Below, piece by piece: positions 45,861 through 55,707 of a stretch of DNA of 64,000 bases. Source of the DNA: an uncultured Bacteroidaceae bacterium (lineage in GTDB: Bacteria > Bacteroidota > Bacteroidia > Bacteroidales > SM23-62); assembly GCA_963777115.1 (NCBI GenBank), contig CAVZPP010000008.1, positions 250,142 to 314,141 of the forward strand, written 5' to 3'. The translations under genes and the position numbers were made by a program. How positions within the stretch are numbered: position 1 is the first letter of the stretch; every line of letters starts with the position of its first letter. Under the pieces are notes generated by a model. That model did no database searches. It worked only from the letters and a program-made list of their open reading frames with translations, and was not told the DNA's origin.

Positions 45861-48800
45861 TTAGAAATCAATTTTTACTCCCAAGTTAAAACGTCTGAGA
45901 ATCGGGTAGTTTCCAGCATTCCTGCCTTCAGGGTCCCCGTAAATTACTTCTGTCCATGTCAAAAGATTATAACCTGTAAAGTTAAACCTTATATTATCTA
46001 TCCCGATAAAAGGTTTCTTCGGAATTAAATTATAGGAAAGTTCCACATTCTTCAACCTTATGTAACTCGCATCCAGTTGATTGAAGGTATTGGACTGGGT
46101 ATTGTTCTCATAGGCCACCGAGGTAAAATGGTGAGTGGGGAACGCTGCATTTGGATTGTCAGGTGTCCAGTAGTCAAAATGTTCAGGACGAACCTGTGAA
46201 GCACGTTCCTTGTGAAAAGGCAAATAGAATCCCCTGGCCATCTGATCCACACCCTCAGTAGCAGTTACAAAAGCCCTTAAATTCCACTTCTTGTAATTTG
46301 CACCCAGGGTTAGACCAAACTGATGCAATTGAGCCTGGGGGTATCCATGATAAATAGCATCATATGCATCATCAACCTGGCCATCGCAGTTATAGTCTAC
46401 ATACATCAGGTCACCGGGGCTCCAGGAACCACCGAATGAGGGGGTAACGTAATTCAGTACCTCATCAATATTGGCATAATACCTTGTGTTAATCATAAGC
46501 TGGCTGGTACCGAGTGGTTTTCCTTCCTGTTTCTGGTAATCTTCAAGATTGGCCGGCTCCCCCATGTACCCTCTGCGGTTGTTATTAAATCCGTAGGTGA
46601 ATTTTACAAAATAGTTGAAATCACTACTGGGGGCATAGGAATGCTGCAATACGATCTCATAACCCTGCTTTTCTGTTTCTCCAAGGTTGTATTCCCTGAA
46701 GTCAGCGGTGGACCCGTAATAGGGTGGGATATTTTGAGGTGTCAGAAAAATGCCTTCCCTGTATTCCCGGAAAAAATCCACACTACCTGAGAAAAGGTTA
46801 TTGAATACAGAAAAATCAAGACCCACATTCTCTTTGGTGGCCGTCTCCCATGTTGCATTGGGGTTGGACAAAAGGGTTTGTTCAATGTAACCTCCCTGAT
46901 CCTGGAACTCATCACCAAACTTCATCATCAGATCTGTCTTTGTATCATAGACCTCATAGGTTCCGAGGTACATCAGCTTGCTGGACCCTGCTTCAGATCC
47001 GGATTGTCCATAACTGTAACGGATTTTAAACTGATTCAGGAAACTTACATTGTTCTGGATAAAGGGCTCATTTGCAAGATTCCAGCCTACTGCCACTGCC
47101 GGGAAGAATCCGAAACGCTTGCCGTCCGCAAACTTATCCGTTCCGTTATAAGCCCCGCTCCCTTCCAGGAAATACCGTTTTCCGTAATTATAGGTCAGAC
47201 GACCCACCCAGTCTTCCTTGTAATCCGGGAAATTTGATCCTGCACGCCTGATATTTCTGCTCCAGAGTCCCAGTGCGGTAACTGCATGCCTGCCAAACAT
47301 CCTGTTGTAATTCAGGCTTGCGCTGTAATAAAACTGGTCCTGTTTGGTAGTATTGCTCTCATTGCGAGTTGTGGCTTTTTCCATCTGTTCATCAACTCCT
47401 GAAACGTTTTGCCAGGTACTGTCGGCGTGGAGAAAAAATTCTACCAGATTGGGGCGGTACTCCTGCAGGTACTGGTAATTTGAAGACATGTTAAATCTTC
47501 CCTGTGCAGAAAGCCCTTCGGTTATGAAATCAAGCTCCTGGTTCAGTTCGAAATTACCCGTAAGAACGTTTCTCCTTCTTGTTTCCTCACCCCTTCCGTG
47601 CAGATAGGTATAGGGATTATTGGCATTCTGTATACGATCGTTAAAAGCAAATCGCGGGAGATCCTCCCCAGGATGTACCGGGTTATCATCCGGGTACTGT
47701 TCCAGGATGCTGCCCGGGTAATACAGAGGCGTCGCCCAGGGTGGGTACTCGTAAATATCTCCTGTGAAATTAAGATCCCTGGATTCCTTCTGTGTCTCCT
47801 GCCTGCCGGCAAAATCTGTCCTGAATGTTGTGGTTTTGGTGATATTAAAATCGAGATTCAGCCTGTAGATAATATTATCAAGCGAATTCTGGGAATTATA
47901 TCCAAGTCCCAGGTCGTCACTAGGAACGAACGCATCCCCTTCATGGACGTACCCGAGTGACATGAAATATTTTACAAATTCTGTCCCTCCCCTTGCTGAA
48001 AAATTATGCTTCTGGGCAAAGGAAACGTCCCTAACGAGAGCATCGTACCAGTCAATATCCGGATATAGATAGGGCTCATTCTGGTCCCTGTATTTCTGAA
48101 GAGTTTCATCTGAGATCAGCTGTGAATAAGCATTGTCATTCATACTGGCAATATTAAACAATGACAGAGTATTAGCTGAACCCTCCAGATCAACAGGAGT
48201 TGCAGGTGCTTTGAGAGTAAAGTTGGAGCTGAAAGAAAGTTTTGCCTTTCCTTCCCTACCCCTGTTGGTATTAATAATGATAACCCCATTTGCACCTTTT
48301 ACTCCATACACTGCAGTGGCAGCAGCATCTTTCAGGACAGATATGGAGGCAATCTCATCGGGGTCCATATATGAAAAGTCTGAGAGCTGCTCAACTCCGT
48401 CCACAACCACCAGGGCCTGGTCATTATTTACGGAAGAACGTCCTCTGATATAAAGTTCAGCGTCATCAGCACCCGGTTGACCCGAGTTTGATACAGAAAC
48501 CAAACCAGGTGAGACACCGGAAAGTGCGGCGGACACATTGGTTACGCCCATTCCCTGGATCCTTTCCCCGGCAACCTGGTCTATGGCAGAGACCAGGCTT
48601 TCTTTCTCCTGGACACCATAACCCACCACCACGACTTCCTCCATGGTAATTGATTCTTCTTCCATGACCACGGAGATGATAGTCCGGGATCCTATGGACT
48701 CTTCCTTTGTCTGCATCCCGATAAAACGAAATTCCAGTATCTCTGTCCCTTCAGGTACCGTTAAAGAATAATTACCATTAACATCGGTGATGGTCCCGGT

Positions 48801-49064
48801 AGTGGTTCCCTGTATCATGACCGTAACACCGATCATGGCCTCACCATTTGCGTCTGATACCGATCCAGTAATTGTCCTTCCCTGCTGGGAGTCTTGCGCC
48901 AGGGAGGGCAATGCCGTAACTGCAAAGCTTATAAACAAGACCAGCAATCCAGGTATCAGCACCCGGTATTTTGATCGCTGCTTCCGCTCTGCACTAATAG
49001 GTTTTCTTTTCATAGGTTTATAGTTTATTCGCAGGTTGTCTGTTTCAGTAAGTGGAATATGCAC
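45861..49064 (-). CDS. susC: SusC/RagA TonB-dependent transporter (start may be the ATG at 49013)
   Basis: EEVVVVGYG, LKDAAATAVYGVKGANGVIIINTNRG, GFFPAVAVGW and C-terminal GVKIDF. Confidence 0.95.
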   Translation of the reverse strand: MHIPLTETDNLRINYKPMKRKPISAERKQRSKYRVLIPGLLVLFISFAVTALPSLAQDSQQGRTITGSVSDANGEAMIGVTVMIQGTTTGTITDVNGNYSLTVPEGTEILEFRFIGMQTKEESIGSRTIISVVMEEESITMEEVVVVGYGVQEKESLVSAIDQVAGERIQGMGVTNVSAALSGVSPGLVSVSNSGQPGADDAELYIRGRSSVNNDQALVVVDGVEQLSDFSYMDPDEIASISVLKDAAATAVYGVKGANGVIIINTNRGREGKAKLSFSSNFTLKAPATPVDLEGSANTLSLFNIASMNDNAYSQLISDETLQKYRDQNEPYLYPDIDWYDALVRDVSFAQKHNFSARGGTEFVKYFMSLGYVHEGDAFVPSDDLGLGYNSQNSLDNIIYRLNLDFNITKTTTFRTDFAGRQETQKESRDLNFTGDIYEYPPWATPLYYPGSILEQYPDDNPVHPGEDLPRFAFNDRIQNANNPYTYLHGRGEETRRRNVLTGNFELNQELDFITEGLSAQGRFNMSSNYQYLQEYRPNLVEFFLHADSTWQNVSGVDEQMEKATTRNESNTTKQDQFYYSASLNYNRMFGRHAVTALGLWSRNIRRAGSNFPDYKEDWVGRLTYNYGKRYFLEGSGAYNGTDKFADGKRFGFFPAVAVGWNLANEPFIQNNVSFLNQFKIRYSYGQSGSEAGSSKLMYLGTYEVYDTKTDLMMKFGDEFQDQGGYIEQTLLSNPNATWETATKENVGLDFSVFNNLFSGSVDFFREYREGIFLTPQNIPPYYGSTADFREYNLGETEKQGYEIVLQHSYAPSSDFNYFVKFTYGFNNNRRGYMGEPANLEDYQKQEGKPLGTSQLMINTRYYANIDEVLNYVTPSFGGSWSPGDLMYVDYNCDGQVDDAYDAIYHGYPQAQLHQFGLTLGANYKKWNLRAFVTATEGVDQMARGFYLPFHKERASQVRPEHFDYWTPDNPNAAFPTHHFTSVAYENNTQSNTFNQLDASYIRLKNVELSYNLIPKKPFIGIDNIRFNFTGYNLLTWTEVIYGDPEGRNAGNYPILRRFNLGVKIDF

Positions 49065-49201
49065 ACTATAATATCAGGCTTTTATACGGGCAAAAGATAA
49101 ATAATTTCACCAGTTAATAAAAGACTATTTTATTAATCCAATCCTTATTTATAATGATCCCATTTAACTGTCCGGGGATAAAGAAACACACTCAGTTCCC
49201 C

Positions 49202-50710
49202 TTAAAGATTCTCCGGTATGACAAATGGCTCTCTATAGCTGTCTTTCAGGTAGTTATTAGCCAGATCGCTGTTCTCACCATGAAATTTTTCTGTTTCGGA
49301 ATCAAAATTCAGTTTTGGCCCGAGCGCAGGGAGTTGCTCCATAATATCAATGTCATGTAATTGAAGGTGTTTCCTCATCCCTTCATAAGAGTCAAGAATA
49401 AACTTGTTTCCTTCAATCCTTTCCTCAATTTCAGGCTGTGTAGCTGGCTGTCCCATTTTATACGAAATATTCCCCAGGTGGCAGAAAGCAGTTGAAAGAT
49501 GTCCCTCTTCAATATCAATCCTCAAATCAGCTTTATTGCGGGATCTAAGTCCATTGACAAAATGTTGCTTGGGTCCCTGGCTATCCTCATCAGCCTCAAA
49601 GGTTTTTACCTGTTTGCCATCATTATCATAAATTTCCGTCCCATAGACAATACCCTCTTCACAGATAAAAGCTTCGTGTGTGTTTGCCCCTGTACTGTTA
49701 TGGGGGAAAAATACTCTTTTCCCGGTGGATGAGATCGTGGAGAGTCCATCCATATTCTCAGAACCAGAATTCTCAGAAAGTCCCCTTGATTCATAAACGA
49801 TAGGAATCCCCTTATAATCATAAATACACATTTGGGTATTAGGGACATCCCCATTGTCAATGTACCCATACCTTCCTCCAATGGAAAATACGCTTTGAGG
49901 AACTCCCTTCATACCCAATGCCCATCTTACACAGTCCAATGTATGCGGACCGTTATTCCCGATCTCTGCATTGCCTGTATTATACTGCCAATGCCAGTCA
50001 TAATGCAAGTTTTTTCTCATAAGGGGGGCCATTGGAGTCGGACCGCACCATAAATTATAGTCTACCGTTGAGGGAACTACCTGCGGAGTATGTACCAGTC
50101 CAATGCTCTTTCTTCTTTTATAATTCACCGACTTCACAAACAAAACCTTGCCAAGCTTGCCACTCTGCAGGTATTCATAGGCTTTCTTCCTGACTGTACC
50201 CGATCTTCTGTCCAGGTCCGCCTGCACAATCCGGTCATACTTCCGGGCCGCCTCCACGATCTTTCTACCCTCCCAGATGGAATGCGAAACAGGCTTTTCC
50301 ACCATCACATCCTTTCCGGCCAGGCAGCCCCAAACAGCCGCAAGGGAATGCCAGTGGTTGGGTGTAGCAATAGTGATAGCATCAATGTCCTTATTGTCAA
50401 AGAGCTTACGCATATCGGAATACTTTTCTATGCCGCTTACTCCTTCCTTCGATAATTCTTCCGTCCTGCGTACTATCTGGCTTGAATCCACATCACATAA
50501 AGCGGCGATTCTTACTCCCTCAATGGGTAAAAAATTCCGGATATGATTTCCCCCGTGTCCATGCAGACCGATTATACCAACCCGAATGGCATCATTGGCC
50601 CCCATAATATTTTTATAGGTGGATGCACTGAGTGTACTTCCCCCGAGCAGTATCCCTGATCCCGCGACAACGGTCTTTTTGATAAATTCTCTTCGATTAT
50701 TGGTTTCCAT
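49202..50710 (-). CDS. Tat-exported Gfo/Idh/MocA oxidoreductase (glycoside 3-dehydrogenase-like)
   Basis: METNNRREFIKK twin-arginine signal from the ATG at 50710, IRVGIIG, IATPNHWH, EKPVS, YDWHW and YREPF end. Confidence 0.88.
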   Translation of the reverse strand: METNNRREFIKKTVVAGSGILLGGSTLSASTYKNIMGANDAIRVGIIGLHGHGGNHIRNFLPIEGVRIAALCDVDSSQIVRRTEELSKEGVSGIEKYSDMRKLFDNKDIDAITIATPNHWHSLAAVWGCLAGKDVMVEKPVSHSIWEGRKIVEAARKYDRIVQADLDRRSGTVRKKAYEYLQSGKLGKVLFVKSVNYKRRKSIGLVHTPQVVPSTVDYNLWCGPTPMAPLMRKNLHYDWHWQYNTGNAEIGNNGPHTLDCVRWALGMKGVPQSVFSIGGRYGYIDNGDVPNTQMCIYDYKGIPIVYESRGLSENSGSENMDGLSTISSTGKRVFFPHNSTGANTHEAFICEEGIVYGTEIYDNDGKQVKTFEADEDSQGPKQHFVNGLRSRNKADLRIDIEEGHLSTAFCHLGNISYKMGQPATQPEIEERIEGNKFILDSYEGMRKHLQLHDIDIMEQLPALGPKLNFDSETEKFHGENSDLANNYLKDSYREPFVIPENL

Positions 50711-50780
50711 TTTATTATCAGATTTTGGTTCTGTTAGGTTTTGGTTCTTTTCTAATCGCTTCTCTAATAATTTGCTACTC

Positions 50781-51509
50781 TTACAATTCCAGGATCTTAA
50801 TATTCCGGAAGGATACCACATGATTATGGTCCTGCAGGAGAATATACCCGGATTCTGCCTCGCCGAAATCCTTTATTTCCTTAAACTTACTCTCCGAAAC
50901 TCCTTTTCTGAATAATTCACCTCCCCGTTCATATTCCAGTATTTTATTACCGTTCAGCCAGTGTTGTACCATCTTCTTTTCTGAGACTATCCGAACCTGG
51001 TTCCATTCCCCCGCTTCTTTCGGGTGTACTAAACTTTCATCCGGCGGTAAAATTTCATAAAGAGACCCAAGGGTGGTTAGAAGTTTAGTTCCCGGATGTG
51101 AATTGGCGGTCTGGAACTCCAATCCCAGAGCCTTACCCTCCTGGTATTCATTTTCAAGCACGTAATACTTTATACCACTGTTGGCTTTCTGTTCCGTAAC
51201 CTTGAATTCAATCATCAGGTCAAAATCAGCATATTTTTTTTCAGTGATGATGTCTCCTCCCTTTTCCCCGGTAACGGTAATCATCCCATCTGCTATTTTC
51301 CATCCCTTCTCCGGAAAATTTTCCTTATTCGCCCCTCTCCAGCCCTCGCTGGTCTTCCCGTCAAAAAGCAGGACCCAACCGGATTTTTTCTCTTCCTTAC
51401 TAAGTTTATTGGCCTTGGTCTTTTTGTCAGACTGGCTGAAACTTTCTGCTGAAACCATGAAACAGCATGCAAGCAGCATGGAATAAATTCGTAATTGTTG
51501 CAATTTCAT
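50781..51509 (-). CDS. DUF1080 (3-keto-glycoside-processing family) secreted protein
   Basis: GWVLLFDGK, GGDIIT, ANSGIKY, GSLYE, GEWNQ, HWLNG and LQDH...FRNIKI. Confidence 0.9.
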   Translation of the reverse strand: MKLQQLRIYSMLLACCFMVSAESFSQSDKKTKANKLSKEEKKSGWVLLFDGKTSEGWRGANKENFPEKGWKIADGMITVTGEKGGDIITEKKYADFDLMIEFKVTEQKANSGIKYYVLENEYQEGKALGLEFQTANSHPGTKLLTTLGSLYEILPPDESLVHPKEAGEWNQVRIVSEKKMVQHWLNGNKILEYERGGELFRKGVSESKFKEIKDFGEAESGYILLQDHNHVVSFRNIKILEL

Positions 51510-51671
51510 TTTGTTTTAGATTAGTGTTTGTGATTTTTTATATGCCTGTTCAAATCTGAATTTCAGATATTTTAAAAATAGGGAGAAGGATTATCAATTC
51601 AAAACAATCTAAGAATATATTGATTAACTTAATCCACGAAATTTCTATTAGGATTTATTATAACACCGACC

Positions 51672-54503
51672 ATGATTTACCGAAACTTACCTCTTCCAAT
51701 ACGAATCATTCGATTGATAACCATATCCATCCTGCTTTCCGCCAATTCTGCAGGCATAAGCACTGCCCAGGAAGGATCCCCTTCATCACCGGATTTCTCT
51801 GCATATGAAAATAAATTTGCCTGGGATGTCCCTGCTGAACTCGTTGAGAGATTATCCTCCCGGCGAGCCAATAATTTTGATGAGTCAAAGGTGCCGGAAT
51901 ACATTCTTCCCGATATTTTTACCCTTTCGGGGGAAACCATAACTAACCGTATGGACTGGGAGCAGACCCGCAGGGAGGAACTGCTGGATCTGTTCCGAAG
52001 GGAAGTCTATGGGTACGCACCCCCCAGGCCAGATAACCTGGCCTTCAGGATTGTTGAATCGAATGAAGATGCTCTCGGGGGAATGGCTACCCTGAAGATT
52101 GTAGAGATTAGCTTCAGCCTTCAGGATAAGCCCTTTAGTTTTCACCTGACACTATTTACGCCAAATGAGAATAGCGGAAAATCCCCGGCCTTCCTTCTTC
52201 TGAACCATCGGGCACCAGAAAATACAGATCCTTCCCGCCTGACGATATCCAATTTCTGGCCTGCGGAATATGCCATTTCCCGCGGATATGCCATCGCTGC
52301 AGTAAACGTTGCAGCCGAAGTGGATCCCGATAAACCCGAGTCCACTACCGGTATCCGGGCCTTTTACAAAAAGTACTATCCGGAACCGGAATCGCTGACC
52401 TGGGGGACTATCGCTGCCTGGGCCTGGGCCGGATTAAGGGGAATGGACTACCTGGAAACTGATCCGGATATCAATTCCGAACAGGTGGCTGTAATCGGAC
52501 ATTCACGCGGAGGAAAAACCTCACTCTGGGCAGGTGCACAGGATACCCGGATTGCCCTTACCTGTCCCAATAATGCAGGTGAAGGGGGACCAGCACTCAG
52601 TCACCGCCTGTTTGGGGAATATGTTTCGAACCTGAATTCGAGGTTCCCTCACTGGTTTACAGATAATTATAATGCATATTCAGGGAAAGAACTCTCCATG
52701 CCCTTTGACCAGCATATGGTTGTTGCCCTGGTAGCTCCAAGAGCCTATCACGGCGGAGATGCTACCAGCGACCTATGGGCTGATCCGCGGGGATCATGGC
52801 TTTCGCTTACAGAAGCATCCAAGGTCTGGGAGATGTATGGAAGTGGTGAAGCTCTGAAAGATAAAATGCCACTTGTCAATGATCTTTTGGTCCATGGGCC
52901 CATTGCCTACCATATGAGGGAAGGGGGACATAACCTGGGAATATTTGACTGGAAGCTTTACATGGATCATGCAGATATCTTGTTCAGTCATCAAAATCCT
53001 GCATCTGCAATATTCTGCAAACCAATCATGGTGGGCGAAGTTGGACAGTCCACTGCCATCTTTCAGTCCCGCTTATGCGCAACAGATTCGATGATCTACT
53101 CCGATATCCATACCGCAGAGGGCATTTTCCAGGCGGACATACCCGGAAAAAAAGGTTTTGCACGATTTGAAATATCAACGGAGCCTTCTTTTGAAAACTC
53201 CATAAACACGGAGTGGATGGAATCGAATGAAAGCTCCGATTTTATAATTAAGTGTAAGGTAACCGAGCTCCAGGCCGGCACAGAATATTATTACAGACTG
53301 CATTACGGCTTATCCAAATCCGACACAAAGAACAGTGACACAAAAACCAGCCAGACTAGTACCAGCCAGACGAATACCAGCGACCCTAAAACCAGCCGGA
53401 CGAATACCTTCAGAACCCTTTCGCCGGTTGATTCAAGAACAGCAAGCAGTTTTGTTATGGTTACCGGGACCAACCTCGAACGTTTTTACCTGGGCGGGGG
53501 ATTCGGAAAATCGTCTTCGCAGGGAACGGAAGCTTATATGAAAGAAGATAAATATGAGGGATTCCCCGGTTTGAAAACGATTGCCGGAATGAAACCTGAT
53601 TTTTACATTGGAAATGGAGACAATGTATACTATGATCAACCTTCCTCACACAGGTCAAGATCCCAGAAGGAATTGAGGGCAGAATGGCATAGAAAATTCG
53701 CCATGCCTCGCATGCAGGATATGCTGGAAGATGTACCGGCCTACTGGATCAAAGATGACCATGACCACCGCTTTGATGATTCCGACACGGTAAATGCCAA
53801 TAAAAAGTTTGGCCCCCTACCCTCCCATCAACTGGGGGTTGAAACATTCCTCGAGCAGGTTCCTGTGGTAGATCCTGAAGAGGAAAACCCGGTAACTTAC
53901 AGGACTGTCAGAATAAATGCATTGATGCAAATATGGATGGTGGAAGGAAGGGATTACCGGAGTCCGAATAAAATGGAAGATGGGCCGGAAAAATCAATCT
54001 GGGGAGAGACCCAGATGAACTGGCTGAAGTCCACCTTGAAAGAAAGCGATGCCGTTTTTAAAATACTGGTGACCCCGACTCCTATGGTGGGACCAGACGG
54101 AGCCAGTAAAATTGATAACCATACCAACCTGGACGGATTCAGGCATGAAGGGGATGAGTTCTTTCAATGGCTGAAGAAAAATAAGTTCCTGAAAAAGAAT
54201 TTTTACATAATCTGCGGAGACCGCCACTGGCAGTATCATGCCATACATCCTACCGGATTTGAGGAGTTCAGTTGTGGGGCTCTGGTGGACCAGAATTCAC
54301 GAATGGGAGTAGATCCCGGTGCTCCAAAATCTACCGATCCGAAAGGCAAGATAAAACAGCCCTATACCTCTGCAGTTCCTTCCGGTGGATTTCTAAAGGT
54401 CAATGTCAATCCAGGCGATAATGGAGGTGATGAGAATATATCTTTCATTTTTTACGATGAAAACGGAACTGAGCTCTACCGTGAAACGAAAAAATCCCAG
54501 TAA
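51672..54503 (+). CDS. fusion of a CE15 (glucuronoyl-esterase-like) domain and a PhoD-like domain
   Basis: The N-half has NFDESKVPEYILPD, WGTIAAWAW, GHSRGGK, PFDQH, DLWADP and REGGH. The C-half has GEVGQSTA, GNGDNVYYD, KDDHD, EGRDYRS and GDRHWQY. Confidence 0.85.
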   Translation: MIYRNLPLPIRIIRLITISILLSANSAGISTAQEGSPSSPDFSAYENKFAWDVPAELVERLSSRRANNFDESKVPEYILPDIFTLSGETITNRMDWEQTRREELLDLFRREVYGYAPPRPDNLAFRIVESNEDALGGMATLKIVEISFSLQDKPFSFHLTLFTPNENSGKSPAFLLLNHRAPENTDPSRLTISNFWPAEYAISRGYAIAAVNVAAEVDPDKPESTTGIRAFYKKYYPEPESLTWGTIAAWAWAGLRGMDYLETDPDINSEQVAVIGHSRGGKTSLWAGAQDTRIALTCPNNAGEGGPALSHRLFGEYVSNLNSRFPHWFTDNYNAYSGKELSMPFDQHMVVALVAPRAYHGGDATSDLWADPRGSWLSLTEASKVWEMYGSGEALKDKMPLVNDLLVHGPIAYHMREGGHNLGIFDWKLYMDHADILFSHQNPASAIFCKPIMVGEVGQSTAIFQSRLCATDSMIYSDIHTAEGIFQADIPGKKGFARFEISTEPSFENSINTEWMESNESSDFIIKCKVTELQAGTEYYYRLHYGLSKSDTKNSDTKTSQTSTSQTNTSDPKTSRTNTFRTLSPVDSRTASSFVMVTGTNLERFYLGGGFGKSSSQGTEAYMKEDKYEGFPGLKTIAGMKPDFYIGNGDNVYYDQPSSHRSRSQKELRAEWHRKFAMPRMQDMLEDVPAYWIKDDHDHRFDDSDTVNANKKFGPLPSHQLGVETFLEQVPVVDPEEENPVTYRTVRINALMQIWMVEGRDYRSPNKMEDGPEKSIWGETQMNWLKSTLKESDAVFKILVTPTPMVGPDGASKIDNHTNLDGFRHEGDEFFQWLKKNKFLKKNFYIICGDRHWQYHAIHPTGFEEFSCGALVDQNSRMGVDPGAPKSTDPKGKIKQPYTSAVPSGGFLKVNVNPGDNGGDENISFIFYDENGTELYRETKKSQ
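53319..53408 (+). repeat. six degenerate 15-bp in-frame tandem repeats (SDTKN SDTKT SQTST SQTNT SDPKT SRTNT)
   Basis: tccgacacaaagaac/agtgacacaaaaacc/agccagactagtacc/agccagacgaatacc/agcgaccctaaaacc/agccggacgaatacc. Confidence 0.75.
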
Positions 54504-55691
54504 ATGAAAAAATTCACCATTATGACTTTGGTGGCTGGCATCTTCCTGCTTACCGGATCTTGCACGGATCTTTTGGCACAAAAGAAGAATCCGTATTCAA
54601 TCGATCCTGGATTAATTTCGGAAAGTCAATGGGATAGTCCTTTGCTCGAAAGAAAAATAAATTTTACCATTTACAACCATGACACTTCCAGTACCAAAAA
54701 ACCATTAGTTGTATACCTGAATCAACTGCCATCCAAACGCCTGGGAGAACTGGACGATAAAACATTGATTAAAGGATTCCTGGACCAGGGAATGATGGTG
54801 ATGGAGGTGGATTACGAGGGCGATCCCAGAGCCGTTGCCCCCGAACTCCTGCCTGAAATCGATCTCTGGTATTCTTTTGGTTTTGAAACGAAAGATTATC
54901 CGGTGGACCCGGACTGGATCTATATAATACCCGCCGGGTATACCATTGATCGAAAAGTAAGGATTTGTGAAATAAGGGACCGGCCCGTTGACATGGATGT
55001 AATCTATCCCTCGGGAAATAGCGTCCCGGTGCCCCTGGTGCTTCAGATTTCTTCGACAAAGGAAAGGGGCAAATGGATCAATCAGCGGGCATATTATATC
55101 TATGGACTTCTGACCACAGGTTATGCCGGAGCCATCATGGATTGGAACGGTACGGGTTCCGGGCTCGTCCCAAAAGGAGATGTATTTCCTGAGAAACGGG
55201 CCGCCAGGTTGTTCAGGGCCCGGGCAAGGGACTGGAACCTTTCTGGGAAACTGGGTGTGACAGGGCATTCAAAAGGAAGCGGTAGGGCCGGTAAGGCCGC
55301 ACTTATCAACGAAGGTAATTGGGAAGTCGATCCTGGTCCCAACGACAGCCAATCTGACCGCTTTCAGGTAGCACTTCTTTCGGCCGGTCAGCATGCACCC
55401 GAATTCCTGATCGAAGATGGATTTCACAAAAACATCAGCGAGACCCAGGAAGAACTTCGAAAATCCAGCAGCCTCAGTTTTATGACCCCCGATGATCCTC
55501 CCCTGTTTTTATCCGTGGGAGAATTGGACAGGGAATTTCGGGTGAACCAGATGAAACGTATGGCTGCCAGTTGTGAAGAGATCGGTCTGGAATACAGGTT
55601 TATCCTTCAGGAAGGAATGGGACATATGTACAATCCGAACCCGGATGTAATCGCAGAAATATTCAGCTTTTTCGATACATATCTAAAGTAG
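54504..55691 (+). CDS. secreted alpha/beta-hydrolase
   Basis: GVTGHSKG elbow, DDPPLFLSVGELD acid motif and GMGH His motif. The start abuts the upstream stop (TAAATG). Confidence 0.7.
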   Translation: MKKFTIMTLVAGIFLLTGSCTDLLAQKKNPYSIDPGLISESQWDSPLLERKINFTIYNHDTSSTKKPLVVYLNQLPSKRLGELDDKTLIKGFLDQGMMVMEVDYEGDPRAVAPELLPEIDLWYSFGFETKDYPVDPDWIYIIPAGYTIDRKVRICEIRDRPVDMDVIYPSGNSVPVPLVLQISSTKERGKWINQRAYYIYGLLTTGYAGAIMDWNGTGSGLVPKGDVFPEKRAARLFRARARDWNLSGKLGVTGHSKGSGRAGKAALINEGNWEVDPGPNDSQSDRFQVALLSAGQHAPEFLIEDGFHKNISETQEELRKSSSLSFMTPDDPPLFLSVGELDREFRVNQMKRMAASCEEIGLEYRFILQEGMGHMYNPNPDVIAEIFSFFDTYLK

Positions 55692-55707
55692 CTTAAGATC
55701 ACAAACT

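Noticed and set aside
50711..50821. N-terminal extension of the Gfo/Idh/MocA ORF overlapping DUF1080
   Set aside because: The Tat signal begins at the ATG at 50710, so the extension is an ORF-caller artefact.
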